From the NCBI RefSeq assembly GCF_009914755.1, contig NC_060925.1: 64,000 nt of DNA, one strand, 5' to 3'. Position numbers and translations under genes: made by a program. The DNA is from the human T2T-CHM13v2.0 reference genome, Homo sapiens. The notes under the pieces were generated by a model. The model saw only the letters and a list, made by a program, of their open reading frames with translations. It was not told the DNA's origin and searched no databases. Positions 16,456 to 32,745 of this stretch are shown in pieces. Within the stretch, counting starts at the first letter, position 1, and each line of letters opens with the position of its first letter.

Positions 16456-18261
16456 ATACACTCTACAGAAGACATTAACCCTTTGAATAATCAATGATCA
16501 GTTTCTCATCCCCACCAGTGCAAGCCCAAGTGAGCACTGCCATGCCACAGGAAAGAGTATTATCACGGTGGAGAGCAGCGTGTCTCAGAGTTCATGACGC
16601 AAATTTTACCAAGTTTGAGACACTGGGACACTTTACCAAGAAGCTAAAGAGGCTTCTTTATTTAATGACTCCTCAAAGCCTTTAAAACTTTTCTTTTTTT
16701 TTTTTAATGGATCGCTAGGAGGGGAGAATTTTGGACTTTAGTGGATCCCTTTTCTCAGAGAATCTTCCATAGTTTCCTTGGAACACATTTTGGGAAACAT
16801 TGCTGGAGAAGGTTTAGGAGGTTGAGTTGAATTTATACCCAGTTAAAGGCCAACCCTGAGAAGTCATTTTATTTAAGATAAAATCCCTACTGTTTTCTTA
16901 TAACTTCTTTTTTTCTAATAATAGAGAAAAGGGGAGGATCTTGGTTAATGGAAGGTTTTTATTAGTTGGATTACCTGAGGTACAGGAGTCAGAATCCAGC
17001 CTTGGTTAGCGTCCCTCAGGGCCAGCCCAAGGAAATGAAGACATTGGCAAACTGCTGTGTCTTAGGCCTCTTTACTCCTTGGCTGGTTTGCTTAGTGCCC
17101 CCATCACAAACAAGCTGGCAGGGAAAGATCTGAAAACTCATTTGCTCTAAGATGGTGTTTGTTCATTTGCTCAGTTGAACAAATTGTTACTTATTGAACA
17201 ATTTCTAAATTTATTGCTTTGTGCTGGGTCCCTGAGGTGGTCCCAGAAGAAATGTAAGGCTCCAGTGCACTCTCCAGCAGGCCCTGATCTCCTTAGGAGG
17301 GTAAAATATGCCCAGCAGTGAGCTAACAATGTAAGTGTGATTAAGTGGCAAGATGAGACTTAGGATAATGTTACTTCTCCCGGGTAGCTCCTCTCTTGGG
17401 AGTCTGCTTTTTAACCCTCTGGTTAATGCTTTATTGGGAGCTCTAGTTGTGGAATTTCCTAAATTCCACAAGCCAAGATAAGGAGGTATTTTCCTTCTTT
17501 TCTTTTTTGGTGAGCAGTTGTTCTCTTGCAGTTGGTTCTGGATGACTCCCACAGTGAGGCCAGCCAGCTGCTTTTGGGCATCAGAGAGGGCTGCCTGCTG
17601 GGCCACCATGGGTAATGCTTCTGTAGCCTTTAGCTCCACCTAAGGTGTATCTCTGCTAATTGCAATAATCTTGTCAATAATATACAAATGAGGGAGAAAA
17701 GGCCTAGTCTACTTTATTTTTTTGTCCCAGTTCTCTTTTCACCTCCAAATTTGTCTTTAGTACATTGTGGCCACAAATTCCTTTGGCAGAAGGTAAAATA
17801 AGTAGGTTCTCAATTTGAGCACTGATGAGTAGTTTCTTGGAGCAGTCTAAAAAGAAATGTGGTTTTTGACAGCAGCTAAAAAGAGGACATATTAGAAATG
17901 CCAAATTGCTGTTATAAAGAACTGGCTTCTGGCAAGGGACTGAACAATTCAGACTTCAAGGATATGTAGACATGTTTTGAAAGTTCTTGTTTAAATATGA
18001 TCTCAGGAAGTTAGAAGCAGGAAGTCAAGCCAACTAGATAAACTTTAAATGCATACGACTTCATCTTGAAATCTTACTCACAAAAAGTAGTTTTATAATA
18101 AAATACTGTGGCCAAATGCTTATTTACAAAGATGTTTGTCTCAACATTATTTATAGTGGTGAAAAATTTGAAAACCATTTCAATGTCCAGTGGATAAATG
18201 GCTGATTAAATAAACTCAAACAGGCATAAAAATTATGAAAAACAAAGTCTCATTCTGTCAC

Positions 18262-19006
<745 letters not shown>

Positions 19007-19011
19007 GTCAC

Positions 19012-20112
<1,101 letters not shown>

Positions 20113-22659
20113 GGAATTCTTAATTCTTGTCTATATTGTTTAGAATATATATATATGTGCATAGAAAAAAACACTGTAAGAAAATACTATTAACATGTTA
20201 ACAGTGGATTTCTCTACTAATAATGATTTCTATTTTTAAATTTCTTTTTCTTCCAGAACTTCTATAGTAAGAATGTATCTCATCTTCATAATCAGAAAAA
20301 ATTTTAATGAGTATTACTTTTAAAAATAATTTATATCTAACTATATAACATTAATGTTATGAGAATTAAAACAATGTAGCTTAAGTAGAACGAATTGTTA
20401 TTGTGTTTTTGTTGTAAACATTGTTCCTGTCCTTGAAAAGGCTAAGTATATTTGTAGTAATAAAACCATGTAGAGTTTTTTTTTTCTGTGCTTCTATGAC
20501 ATATGGCTTACTGTTAGTATTTCTGTGAGGCAATTGAAAAGCTGTTCTCCATCATTGTTTACCAAATTTTCACAAATCCCTCTTGGAAAAACTAGTTGAA
20601 ATCATGGTAATGCTAAGAAACCCTAATCCTCCTCCACCTACTCTCCTGGGCTTAAAAAAACATTCAATGCTAGGCTGCATGATCTAAAATAAACCTCCAG
20701 GGCAAAAGATTAAATTAGGGACTGGTTTGCTGCCCAGCAAGCCTGACATAGGATAGTCTTCTTACTGTTGCAATGAAACAAAAGTGGAAAAAGAATAGAA
20801 AAACCTAAGCAGTTCATAATTAGCCAGAGCAATTGGATGAATTCAGCAACTTCTATGTAAGTTAGAAACACACAAGACATTGTCCTATTATCCAGAAAAA
20901 GCCACTTTACTGTCTTAAGATTTTAAGTAAACATTTCCAAGTTGGTGCCAGAGGCATTAAAGAAATGGCAAACCTGTTTCTTTAAAATAGCATCAAAATC
21001 TTTTTTACATATTGAGCAGCAAAGCTGGAGGGGCCTCTTTCATGTATAGCAGCAAATTCCAGTGCTTCATTCAGAATTAAATCGTTTACCTCAGGGTTCC
21101 AGACAGTCTGGAACCCCAAAGTAAGCCCTTTTCCCAGGTGGCAGCTTGGTGTAGAGAATAGAGAGTTTGAAAACTCAAAAGCACCCGACAAATATAAGGG
21201 CTTATTATCTTTCTTCCCCAACTATGGAGCAGTCAAGAAAAATTAACCCTCTCATTTGTTACCCTCAATAACAGGGTTTAACTGATCTGTAGCCACGGAT
21301 GGCTCAGATAATTGCCCTAATTAGTTTGGCACGAAAAGAGGTTGGGGTGGGGGATTTGGAGCTCAAATAATTAAGGCAAAATAAAAAGAAAAGAAAAAAG
21401 AGCTTATGCCTTACAGATTTGACATATGGATTCCAGATGTTATGGAAGACATTTTACTGCTAAGGCTTTTAGGCCACTTTTTTGTGGTTAAGGACAGGAT
21501 TGGAAGGGAAGGCCTCAAGGCAGAACAGCCTGAAAAAGGAGGGAAAGATCCTACTGATCATTACTGAACACCTCAGGGTGTATGTATGTGTACCGGTATA
21601 TATCTCCAAACTGAAAACTAGCAGCAGGGTCTTAAAATGCCCCTAGACTGGGGGTGTTGGGGGAACGCCTTGGAGGAGTGATTTCTGAGCTGGCTTGTTT
21701 GGAGCTTTGCTGGCAGATAAGTCACCTCCTCAGTTGGAAGTGATTGCTCTGTTAGTTCACTGCAGTTTCCCTCAGGAATTCTAAATTTAAAATGTGAATG
21801 CAAACTTTCTAGCATGCCATGCCAGGGAAGGTTGCTAGGATCTGGGTCCCATTTAGAAACAGAGACAGGTAATTATACCAGGAAAAGGGCTACACTTTTA
21901 CCTCAATGCCATGCACCAAAACCTCTGTTTCTTCCTTTCAGAAAATGGTAAACAAGGGAAAGAAAGAGGAGTTCCAGACCCTGCATACCAAAATATTACA
22001 GACACACAGGAAATGACTCTTCAAATCCAGGCTGTAAACCTGTCATTTCGTGGGCTTGTCTGTGGGCCTAGAAAAGCGAGACAAAGATCACACCGAAGAC
22101 ATTACTGTTTGGGGCTGGCTGTACTGGAGGACCTCTGGAGGCCTTTCCATGCCAGGTGCTATGATTCTAAACTCAAGTCATAAAATGAAATGTTAGAGGA
22201 AAGCCAATGAAATTTGAGGCAGAACTTGTGGCTTAAAGCTCATTTTGCTTTAAAAAATGTAGACTTTGAAAAACTGTTCTTTACAAGCAACAAAAATTTT
22301 TTAAAGAAACTGAAAAGCTAAAAAATATTTTTTGGGGGGAGGGAGTAATATTCTCAGCCCTATTACTATCTTTTAAGGCTTTCGATTACAGATACTCCAA
22401 ACATGTAATAAGTTACTAAGTCCTTAAAATATGTATTAATCTTCCTAAAAGATTTGCATATTGACTTTAATCCACGTAAAAGATGTTTCTGGTGTATTTA
22501 ACCAATGCTGCTCGTCTGTTTAGTGAAATGGTTTTGGATCCATTAATTCTCCAAATATTTGTATTCTGAGTGCCTTCTAAGGATAAGACATTCTTTGAAT
22601 CAAACACACACAAAGAACTAAGCCAATCTAATGGTTAATGCAGTCATTCCTCCCTCCTC

Positions 22660-22875
22660 CAGCTTAATGTACTGGCCCCGGAGCCAGAATGCCTGGGTTT
22701 CCCAGCTCCAGTGCCTTGAACAAATTACATAACCTCTCTGTACCAGTTCTCTCCCCTGAAAAGTAGGGTTAGTAATAGCACCTACCTCATCAAACTAAAT
22801 GACTCAATACATGTAAAGCATGTAGAAAAATGCCTGGCACATAGCAAGCATTCAATAAATGTTGGCTATTCATTT
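22660..22875 (+). mobile_element. MIR
   Basis: ggagccagaatgcctgggtt...aacctctctgtacc...tgcctggcacatagcaagcattcaataaatg. Confidence 0.75.
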
Positions 22876-24869
22876 TGTGCCCAGTATGAGGGAAAGCAAT
22901 GTAGAGGTGGATATGGAGATAAATAAAACAAAGTGCATTAAAGAGGGAATATTTCAACTGGTTCTTGGAGAAAATACGGAGTTCACAAGGAAGACAAAAA
23001 AGGGCCAAGTCAAGCAAATGGTGTGAGTGAAGGCACAGAACCACGAAACTAAATAGCATATCTGGGGAATTGTAAATGATTCATTAGAGCTAGATTAAGA
23101 GGCATGTGACATATGCTGCCTCCATCCAAAAGCAAAGATTTTAAAAAAGAGAGAGAAAAAATAGAGGCACATGGGAATGAGGGAGTAGAAACCACAGGAT
23201 TTACTGACCAAACCTATGTGATAGGAAGTGAGGTAGAGCAGGTTTCTGGGTTTATGGTGATGCCATTAATCAGAAACAAAATGTGGTACATGGTGTGACC
23301 TTTGACACAATGTGTTTGGACATACAGTATGGGAGGGACCTTTAAGAACCAAGTGGAGATGTACAATTGGATACACAAATCTAGGCTTTATAAGAGCACT
23401 CTGGCAAGCCATACAGTATAGGGGATCATCAAAGTGTTACTGATTGTAGTAGCCATGAACTTGGTTGAAATCTTCAAGAACAAGGGTAGAGAATGAGAAG
23501 AATAACAATGTAGACTACACTGGCAACCAGGGGCAGTTGGAAGAGAAGGAACCAGAGAAAATAGAACCAGAATAGCATGGAGCCCTGGAAGAAACCAAAA
23601 GAGTAAATCAGTTTTGCACTAATTGATGGTTTTAGTGGAAAAATGACAGAAAACCCAATTCAAACTTGTTTACATTGTTAATAAGACATATTGGCCCATA
23701 TAACTGAAAACACAAGCCTCTGGATGGGGGGATAGCATTATACCAAGACAAATGAGAATCAACCCTAAGCCAGGGGTGAGGAATTCAGCTTACTTGCAAC
23801 ATTTAGCAGTCATATTGAGTGCCTACTATGTGCCAGGCATTGTTCTAGTCAATGAACAAAACAGGCAAAAAGTCCCTTGTCTGTGGACAGAACACACAAA
23901 TGCCTCTTGGTATCTCCCCACACTCTCTTTTCATTGAAAGGCAATGCTTCAAAAAATTGGAAAAATTATCTATGTGGAGGAAGATGAAGAGAGAAAACTT
24001 TAGAATGTAATGCAAATTCCAAAACATTTGCTGGGAATTTTAACACGATTTTGTAGGAATATGTGAAACTTCTGTACTATTATGAAATGGAGGGGTGACA
24101 TAGGGAAGCAGTACAGTATGGATAAAAATTCTAAAATTCCAAAATACCACCCATGTTTTAAAGTCCAGTTATGAATTCAGATTAGTCAGTTTTTGACTTA
24201 ATCAAATTGAGTTGCTGCATTTATTCGGATTATATAGACCTGTAAAAATACTTAGAGGTTTCAAATGTCTCTGGTAGAGCTTTGTACCTAACTTGTGTGA
24301 CATATTTTAAATGTAGATTATGTTCAAACCTGCACTAATCCATTCATATTTTAAATTTAAAAATATAATTAGCAATAAAAGAAAGCCTCATGCTCAGCTA
24401 TTATATCCAACTAAGCACTACCAGTTTCTCCATCCCTCTCTTCTCTGAAGCTAACACACTGTACATCCATGGGTACACTATGTCAGCTCACTAGGCCTAT
24501 TTTCCATTCCACAATTTGAAAATGATGAAACCTACCTAATTGGATTTTTGGAAACTAAAATATTATGTGACTAAACTTTGTGAATTCAAAAGCACTACAC
24601 AGCATTAAATTTTAAGATTAGAAAGTTGCAAGTTTACAATTGAGTCCAGATCTTAGTGTTTTAATGGTGAAAACGCATTGCCAATTTTCTCAGTAATTTT
24701 TTTTGGCCAAAGCAGTTGAATCAGTAATATTTTTCTGATTCCAGTTAGAATGTTTCCCATAAAACTCTATGAAGCTATTTACACTTCAAATTTTAAAACA
24801 TGGCCCACATATGCTTAGTTATTTTCTCAAATTACCCTGTACAAAAAGCCATTCATGCCTGATATGGTT

Positions 24870-25062
24870 TATTTCTTTTTTTTAGAGATGGGATCTTGCT
24901 CTGTCACCCATGCCAGGGTACAGTGGTGCATCATAGCTCACTGCAGCCTTTAACTCCTGGGCTCAAGTGATCCTCCTGCTTCAGCCTTTCCCAATAGCTA
25001 GGACTACTATCGTGCACCACCACGCCTGGCTAATTTTTAAATTTTTTTGTAGAGATGAGGTC
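24870..25062 (-). mobile_element. AluJ split by THE1B (remainder at about 27359-27382)
   Basis: Alu sequence resumes right after the second LTR. Confidence 0.85.
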
Positions 25063-27358
25063 TGTATTAGTCCATTTTCATGCTGCTGATAAAGACGTAC
25101 CCAAAACTGGGCAATTTACAAAAGAAAGAGGTTGAATTGGGCATACACTTCCATGTGGCTGGGGAAGCCTCACAATCATGGCATAAGGCAAGAAAGAGCA
25201 AGTCACATCTTACCTGGATGGCAGCAGGCAAAAAGAGCTTGTGCAGGGCAACTCCCATTTTTAAAATCATCAGGTCTCATGAGACCCATTCACTAGCATG
25301 AGAACAGCACGGGAAAGATCTGCCCTCATAATTCAGTCACCTCCCAATGGGTTCCTCCCATGACATCTGGGAATTGTGGGAGTTACAATTCAAGATGAGA
25401 TTTGGGTGGGGACACAGCCAAACCATATCATTCCACCCCAGCCCCTCCCAAATCTCAGGTCCTCACATTTCAAAACCAGTCATGTCTTCCCAATAGTCCC
25501 CCAAAGTCTTAACTCACTTCAGCATTAACCCAAAAGTCCACAGTCCCATGTCTCATCTGAGACAAGGCAAGTCCCTTCTGCCTGTGAGCCTGTAAAACCA
25601 AAAGCAAGTTAGTTACTTCCTAGATACAATGGGGGTAAAGGCATTGGGTAAATACAGCCATTCCAAATGGGAGAACTGACCAAAACAAAGGGGCTACAGG
25701 CCCCATGCAGGTCTGAAATCCAGCAAGGCAGTCAAATCTTGAAGCTCCAAAATGATCTCCTTTGACTCCATGTCTCTCATCTGGGTCATGCTAATGCAAG
25801 AGGTGGGTTCCCATAGTCTTGGGAAGCTCTGCCGCTGTGGCTTTGCAGGGTACAGCCTCCATCCCCACTGCCTTCATGGGCTGGCACTGTCAGTGACTTT
25901 TTCAGGCGCATGGTGCAAGCTGTAAGTAGATCTACCATTCTGGGGTCTGGAGGATGGTGGCCCTTTTCTTACAGCTCCACTAGGTGGTGCCACAGCAGGG
26001 ACTCTGGGGGTTTCAACCCCACATTTCCCTTCTGCACTGCCCTAGCAGAGGTTCTCCATGAGGGTCCCCATCCCTGCAACAAACTTCTGCCTGGGAATCC
26101 AGTTGTTTCCATACATCTTCTGAAATCTAGGCAGAGGTTCCCAAAGCCCAATTCTTGACTTCTGTGTACCTGCAGGCTCAACACCACATGGAAGCTGCCA
26201 AGGCTTGGGGCTTGCATGCTCTGAAGCCATGGCCTGAGCTCTACGTTGGCTCCTTTCAGCCATGGCTGGAGTGGCTGGGATACAGGGCACCAAGTCCCTA
26301 GGCTGCACACAGCACAGGAATCCTGGGTCCAGCCCACAAAACCACTTTTTCCTCCTAGGCCTCTGGGCCTGTGATGGGAGGGGCTGCTGTGAAGACCTCT
26401 AACCTGCCCTGGAGACATTTTCCCCGTTGTCTTGGGGATTAACATTTGGCTCTTCATTACTTAAGCAAATTTCTGCAGCCAGGTTAAATTTCTTCTCAGA
26501 AAATGGGATTTTCTTTTCTATGGCATTGTCAGACTGCAAATTTTCTGAACTTTCAAGCTCTGCTTCCCTTATAAAACTGAATGCCTTTAATGGCATCCAA
26601 GTAACCTCTTGAATGCTTTGCTGCTTAAAAATTTCTTCCACCAAATACCCTAAATTATCTCTCTCAAGTTCAAAGTTCCACAAATCTCTAGGACAGGGGC
26701 AAAATGCCACTAGTCTCTTTGCTAAAACATATCAAGAGTGACCTTTGCTCTAGTTCCCAACAAGTTCCTCATCTCCATCTGAGACCACCTCAGCCTGGAT
26801 TTCATTGTTCATATCATTATCAGCATTTTGGTCAAAGCCATTCAACAAGCCTCTAGGGAGTTCCAAACTTTCCCATATTTTCCTGTCTTCTTCTGAGCCC
26901 TCCAAACATTCCAAGCTCTGCCTTGTACTCAGTTCCAAAGTCACTTCCACGTTTTTGGGTATCTTTTCAGCAGTACCCCACTCTACTGGTACAAATTAAC
27001 TGTATTAGTCCATTTTCATGCTGCTGATAAAGACATACCAGAGACTGGGCAATTTGCAAGAAACAGGTTTAATTGGACTTACAGTTCCACATGGCTGAGG
27101 AAGCCTCACAATCATGGCAGAAGGCAAGAGGAGCAAGACACATCTTATGTGGAGGGCAGCAGGCAGAGAGCTTGTGCAGGGCAACTCCCTGCACTGATGG
27201 TTTTTAAAACCATCAGATCTCGTAAGACTCATTCACTATCATAAGAACAGCACCGGAAAGACCCACCCCCATAATTCAGTCACCACCCATGACACGTGGG
27301 AATTGTGGGAATTACAATTCAAGTGAGATTTGGTTGGGGACACAGCCAAACCAGATCA
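25063..27358 (-). mobile_element. Full-length THE1B-like MaLR (3' LTR 25063-25430, internal 25431-27000, 5' LTR 27001-27358)
   Basis: Two direct LTRs (tgtattagtccattttcatgctgctgataaagac...gacacagccaaacca(t/g)atca), THE1-internal ORF remnants, degenerate 5-bp TSD aggtc/ggatc. Confidence 0.93.
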
Positions 27359-28319
27359 GGATCTCAACATGTTGCCCAGGCTTAACTTAAAGTGGAGGAA
27401 ACAATCAGAAGTATCAAGTGACTCGATTCTCTAAAATGAAAGATACTTGGACAGATGATTTTTCTTATGTATATGGATTTTTAAGACTTTTCCCCACTAG
27501 GTTTCCACTAGCTCAACCAAACTTCACCTCAGTACCCACATGGACACTTGTGCAAACACGTTCCCAGGACATCTCTAAAGGGGAAAATAATCTATTCTCT
27601 AATGTGATGATGAATGTAGAGTGATATGACAGTCCGTTTTCCAACCAGGAGATACAAATGGCTGAGTCAGACTTGCTCCAAAATATTTAGCCTCTTCCCT
27701 AAGTCCTGTCTTCCTCCTCATACAACATACTCTGCACATCTCCCAGGAAAGAGAGAAAAAAGTTTGCTTTCATGCTAACTTAAGAACCTTGCAATATTTC
27801 AGTAACTTCTGAGATATTTGCTCCACCAACACATGCATCCAAATTTTAGATTTCTCCAGAGCTTGGGAATCACAACTTCACAAATATAACTTGATTTGGT
27901 TGTGTTTGGTGTCATGTACATACTATGGTCTTGCTTTGTCACTTGATGCCACTCCTTAGTATATGATACCACAGATTTCCAAATTCATTACAAAGACTAC
28001 AATCTTAAAAAAACATATTCTTGCTTTAGCAATTACTTCAATTTTGGGATTCATATATTTGCAAACCTGGAGGATGGGCAGCTATAGAATTGGTTTTTCT
28101 AAACTCGATGATATACTGGAAGCCATCATGCTGTTATGGACCTTCATTCCACAAAGCACCATGGCTGATGCAATCACTCTTAATGACTTTTATGAATTTT
28201 AATCTACTTGATACACATGCCTAAGTAAACAAATCTCGCGTAATTGTTCAAATTTTATCTTCCACAATGGGGAAAAACAGATTTAAAAAAAAATACTTAG
28301 ATTATGTCTTTTTCTTTCT

Positions 28320-28450
28320 AAATTATTTTTTGTAAAGATGAGGTCTTATCATGTTGTCTAGGCTGGTCTCCAACTCTTGGCCTCAAGCTATCCTCACACC
28401 TTGGCCTCCCAAAGTGCTGGGATTACAAGCATAAGCCACCATGCTTGGCT
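28320..28450 (-). mobile_element. FLAM / Alu left monomer
   Basis: Single antisense Alu arm. Confidence 0.8.
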
Positions 28451-28680
28451 GTCTTGTTCTTATACACTGAATGTGCACTGTTCTGTAATTCTTATCTCTT
28501 AAGGGCTTCAGATTCATGGAAAGATTGATGCAGAGTGTAACCTTTTTATTGTTCAAAATGCTACAAATAACTGCATTTTGGAACTCAACGATCACACCTT
28601 CCCAACTACTTCTTGTTCATTTTATTATTACTATACGCAAAGCATTAAAATAGAAGCTGGGTAGAGAAAACATGTAGAAG

Positions 28681-28812
28681 TAGGGTTACCAGATAAAAGA
28701 TGTTCAGTTAAATTTGAATTTCAGATAAACACATTTTTTGTATATGTCCTGAATATTAAATATACTAAAACATTATTTATCTGAAATTCAAATTTAACTG
28801 AATGTCCTGTAA
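28681..28812. mobile_element. MER53 palindromic MITE (internally deleted)
   Basis: TAGGGTTACCAGATAAAA start; 27-bp perfect inverted arms. Confidence 0.85.
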
Positions 28813-29311
28813 ACTTACAATTTAATAAAGAAATTAATGAATAACCATAAAGCACAGATGACAAGTACAGTCATCCAATCAGGAGAGGAAAAGATCTCTA
28901 CTAACGGATCTCCAGGTACAACAGAAAAAAGTACCTGGAAGAGATGACAATTGATGTCATTCCTGAAAGATGACTAAATTTTGACTGGTGGACAGGTGGT
29001 TTAATGTGATGATTTTGAGGTTCAAGTGTCCCAAGTTAAATTCCAAATGAACCACTCACTAGCTGTGTAACATCAGACAAGCTACTCAAGCACTCTTTAT
29101 TATAAAATGAGAATACTAATAATACCTTGCGCTAGGTTGTTTAAGGATCAGAGAAAATATATGCACAAAGCACCTGGAACACAGGAGGCACTCTTTAAAT
29201 GGTAATACTTCTTATTACAACTTAAAATGTCACACGACAAATAGGGTACTTGTCACAGACAAACATTCAAATGTTAATGTTATACAGTAATAGTAATATT
29301 GAATAAGTAAT

Positions 29312-29317
29312 TTTATT
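29312..29317 (-). terminator. C1orf52 proximal polyadenylation signal AATAAA
   Basis: About 410 nt after the stop codon; upstream TGTA motifs and downstream tgtttgtctgt element. Confidence 0.7.
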
Positions 29318-29728
29318 TCCATGATCTATTTACACTGTACAAAGACTGTTGAAAAGCACCCTACAAGTTCACAGTACATTACAATATATTTACTTTAAAA
29401 ATATATTCCTTTATAAAAGGTTTATAAGAACATTGGCATGTCAACATGTGACAAAACTCTCAAAGCATGTCACCAATTCTGTGAGAGCAAGAATGCATCC
29501 AAGTGTTATCAATTTCACAATCACAAGTCACCAGTTGAGTTTTAAATACATACATGTTTTAAATAAAAAAAGAATTCTATAGTGGAAAGTTCTTGAGGCA
29601 ATACTTATTAGTTCATTAACGTATGCATTTTCATGGAGATGTGGCATAATAACCCACAATATCAACTTAATCTGTCCAAAGAAACATTTCAACAAGTTTA
29701 GCAGTACAGAAATTCTGGTCATTTGTTT

Positions 29729-29890
<162 letters not shown>

Positions 29891-30120
29891 TTATTACCCT
29901 CATCAATTAATGTTTCTCTCAGAGTTTCCCAATAAAAAACAAGAATTAACTTTTAGAGCTCTGATTTTTAAATGCAAGTGAAAGTGAGCAATTTTTTTTT
30001 TCAATTGCAGCCATACAAAATTCACAAAGTAACTCTTTAGGTGCTATACTAAGGTAGCTTAAAATAAGTGACTTTACTTCCCCCAAATCAGACTTTTGAA
30101 AAAGGCTCCCAAATACTCAG

Positions 30121-30314
30121 CAAGCTTGTCCAACCTGCCTTATTTGTTGTTGTTGTTCTGTTTTGTTTTAGGCTTTTAGCAGCCTGAAGCCATGGTTTTT
30201 AGTTTCTGTCTCTAGTGATAAGCAGAAAAGAAGGATGATGAAGGGGCTTTATTGGCCCAACCAATAACAGAAACTAAGAACTCATGACTGTATTCTCTCC
30301 CTTGGACACCACTG
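30121..30314 (-). mobile_element. MER107 (hAT-Charlie) in C1orf52 intron 2
   Basis: CAAGCTTGTCCAACC...CTTGGACACCACTG termini and recognisable body. Confidence 0.75.
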
Positions 30315-31306
30315 CATGATAGTATTTACATTGTATATATTAAAATACAATCAATGCTTTGTAAGAATGGAGCATATTGTTTTCTTTTTACAAAAAATAG
30401 GTATCACTCTAACGATGACATTATTTAAGTGGCTATCAGCTGTCCTTTTCCTTTCAATCTGCTTTCTCTCCTCCAAAAACAACTTCTTCTGCCCCATCAC
30501 CTTCTCCACCCACCCCAAATCCTTATTTTGAGGTTAAAAAGCACTCACAAGTAGGTTTCCCCAAACCTCTATTTGGAATTTTATTCTAGTAAGTTCTAAT
30601 TCCCATCCCCGCCCTCCCCATCCCCACTCCCACGATGGCCAGAACATTTTAATGGCAACAGAAAAATACATATCTTCCTACTTCATATTATGGAGAATTT
30701 GGAGAGGGGAGGGAGGTTAGAGAAGAGCCTTACATTAAAACAATGTTCTTTACACCTTTCCAAAATGTTAATAGTATCTGTAGCCACAGAAAATTTCCAA
30801 TTCATAAAAATGTTGTCAAACCTGGAAAAGTGAACTCTTTTATTGTATTTTAAAAAATCCAACTACATGGTTAAAAAAAAAATACAGGGTAGCACAGACT
30901 AGTTGCTAATTCCATCTCCCTAAGCAAATGTGTGGTATTAAGAACTCCATATAGACAGAGTAACATGGAAAAGATGTTATGATTTATAAAATACAAATTT
31001 ATTTTGAGCACATTACTAATTAATTGCAGCTTTTGACTTTATTTTCTTGATCAACAGATACTCAAAAAGTTCAACAGGTTATCATGTGGAGATCTATAAA
31101 ATATCTTGATATTGAAAGGAGCCTTCATTATTAAAAAATGTGAGGAACTACTGACATCAAATCATAAATTCCTTGAAGGAAATATTAAAATCTTAAGCCT
31201 TCAATTCCCTTCTGCTGACTGTACCATAATCAGAATATCTCATTTATTGATGCAGATAACAATCAATACCATTCATCTTCACTCCCCTTCAAGCACAGCA
31301 CGGTGA

Positions 31307-31789
<483 letters not shown>

Positions 31790-32368
31790 ACCTTTTGCTT
31801 TTTAACGAGTTAATTATCACTAAGCTCCTCTTTTGAGATTTTCAGTAGTGATAATATAAAAATGGAAAGTACTAAGTTTACTATAATATTCACTATGCAT
31901 TAGCATACATTTAGATGATACTGAGATATTTTTGCTTTTAATTTGCCACTTATTACAAGTAAATTAACTGAATAACAAAACCACAAACTACTGAAGTTAA
32001 AAAGTAACTGGCTATCAGTGATTTGAGCAGAAGTGCTATGCCATCTAGTGTCATGACAAGGCATTGCTTTATAAACTAGAGTAGGAAAAAATCTGAGCAA
32101 TGTTCATTTATCAATTTTACTGAGCTTTTTTACTCGGTCTCATATAGTATAGATGTACTGGTAAGGAAACAATTTTTTTATTATGGAACTCAAATCACTC
32201 AAGTAAGTTTAACTTATCAATAGACAAACTTTCTAAATTCTAAAAAGTGTAAACTAAAAATCACTATATTAATTATGCTTTTACAATTAATTATTATACA
32301 TGTCAATAAAGCTACAACTAATAACTAAGCTTTGCTTACCTACATTTTACAACCACTAAAACCAGAAG

Positions 32369-32745
<377 letters not shown>

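Noticed and set aside
17211-17639. 142-aa ORF in unique sequence with a KKKRRK cluster
   Set aside because: Non-ATG start, no recognisable homology, promoter or exon context; the length is plausible by chance
25910-26999. Several ORFs of 60-162 aa
   Set aside because: Broken remnants of the THE1 internal region
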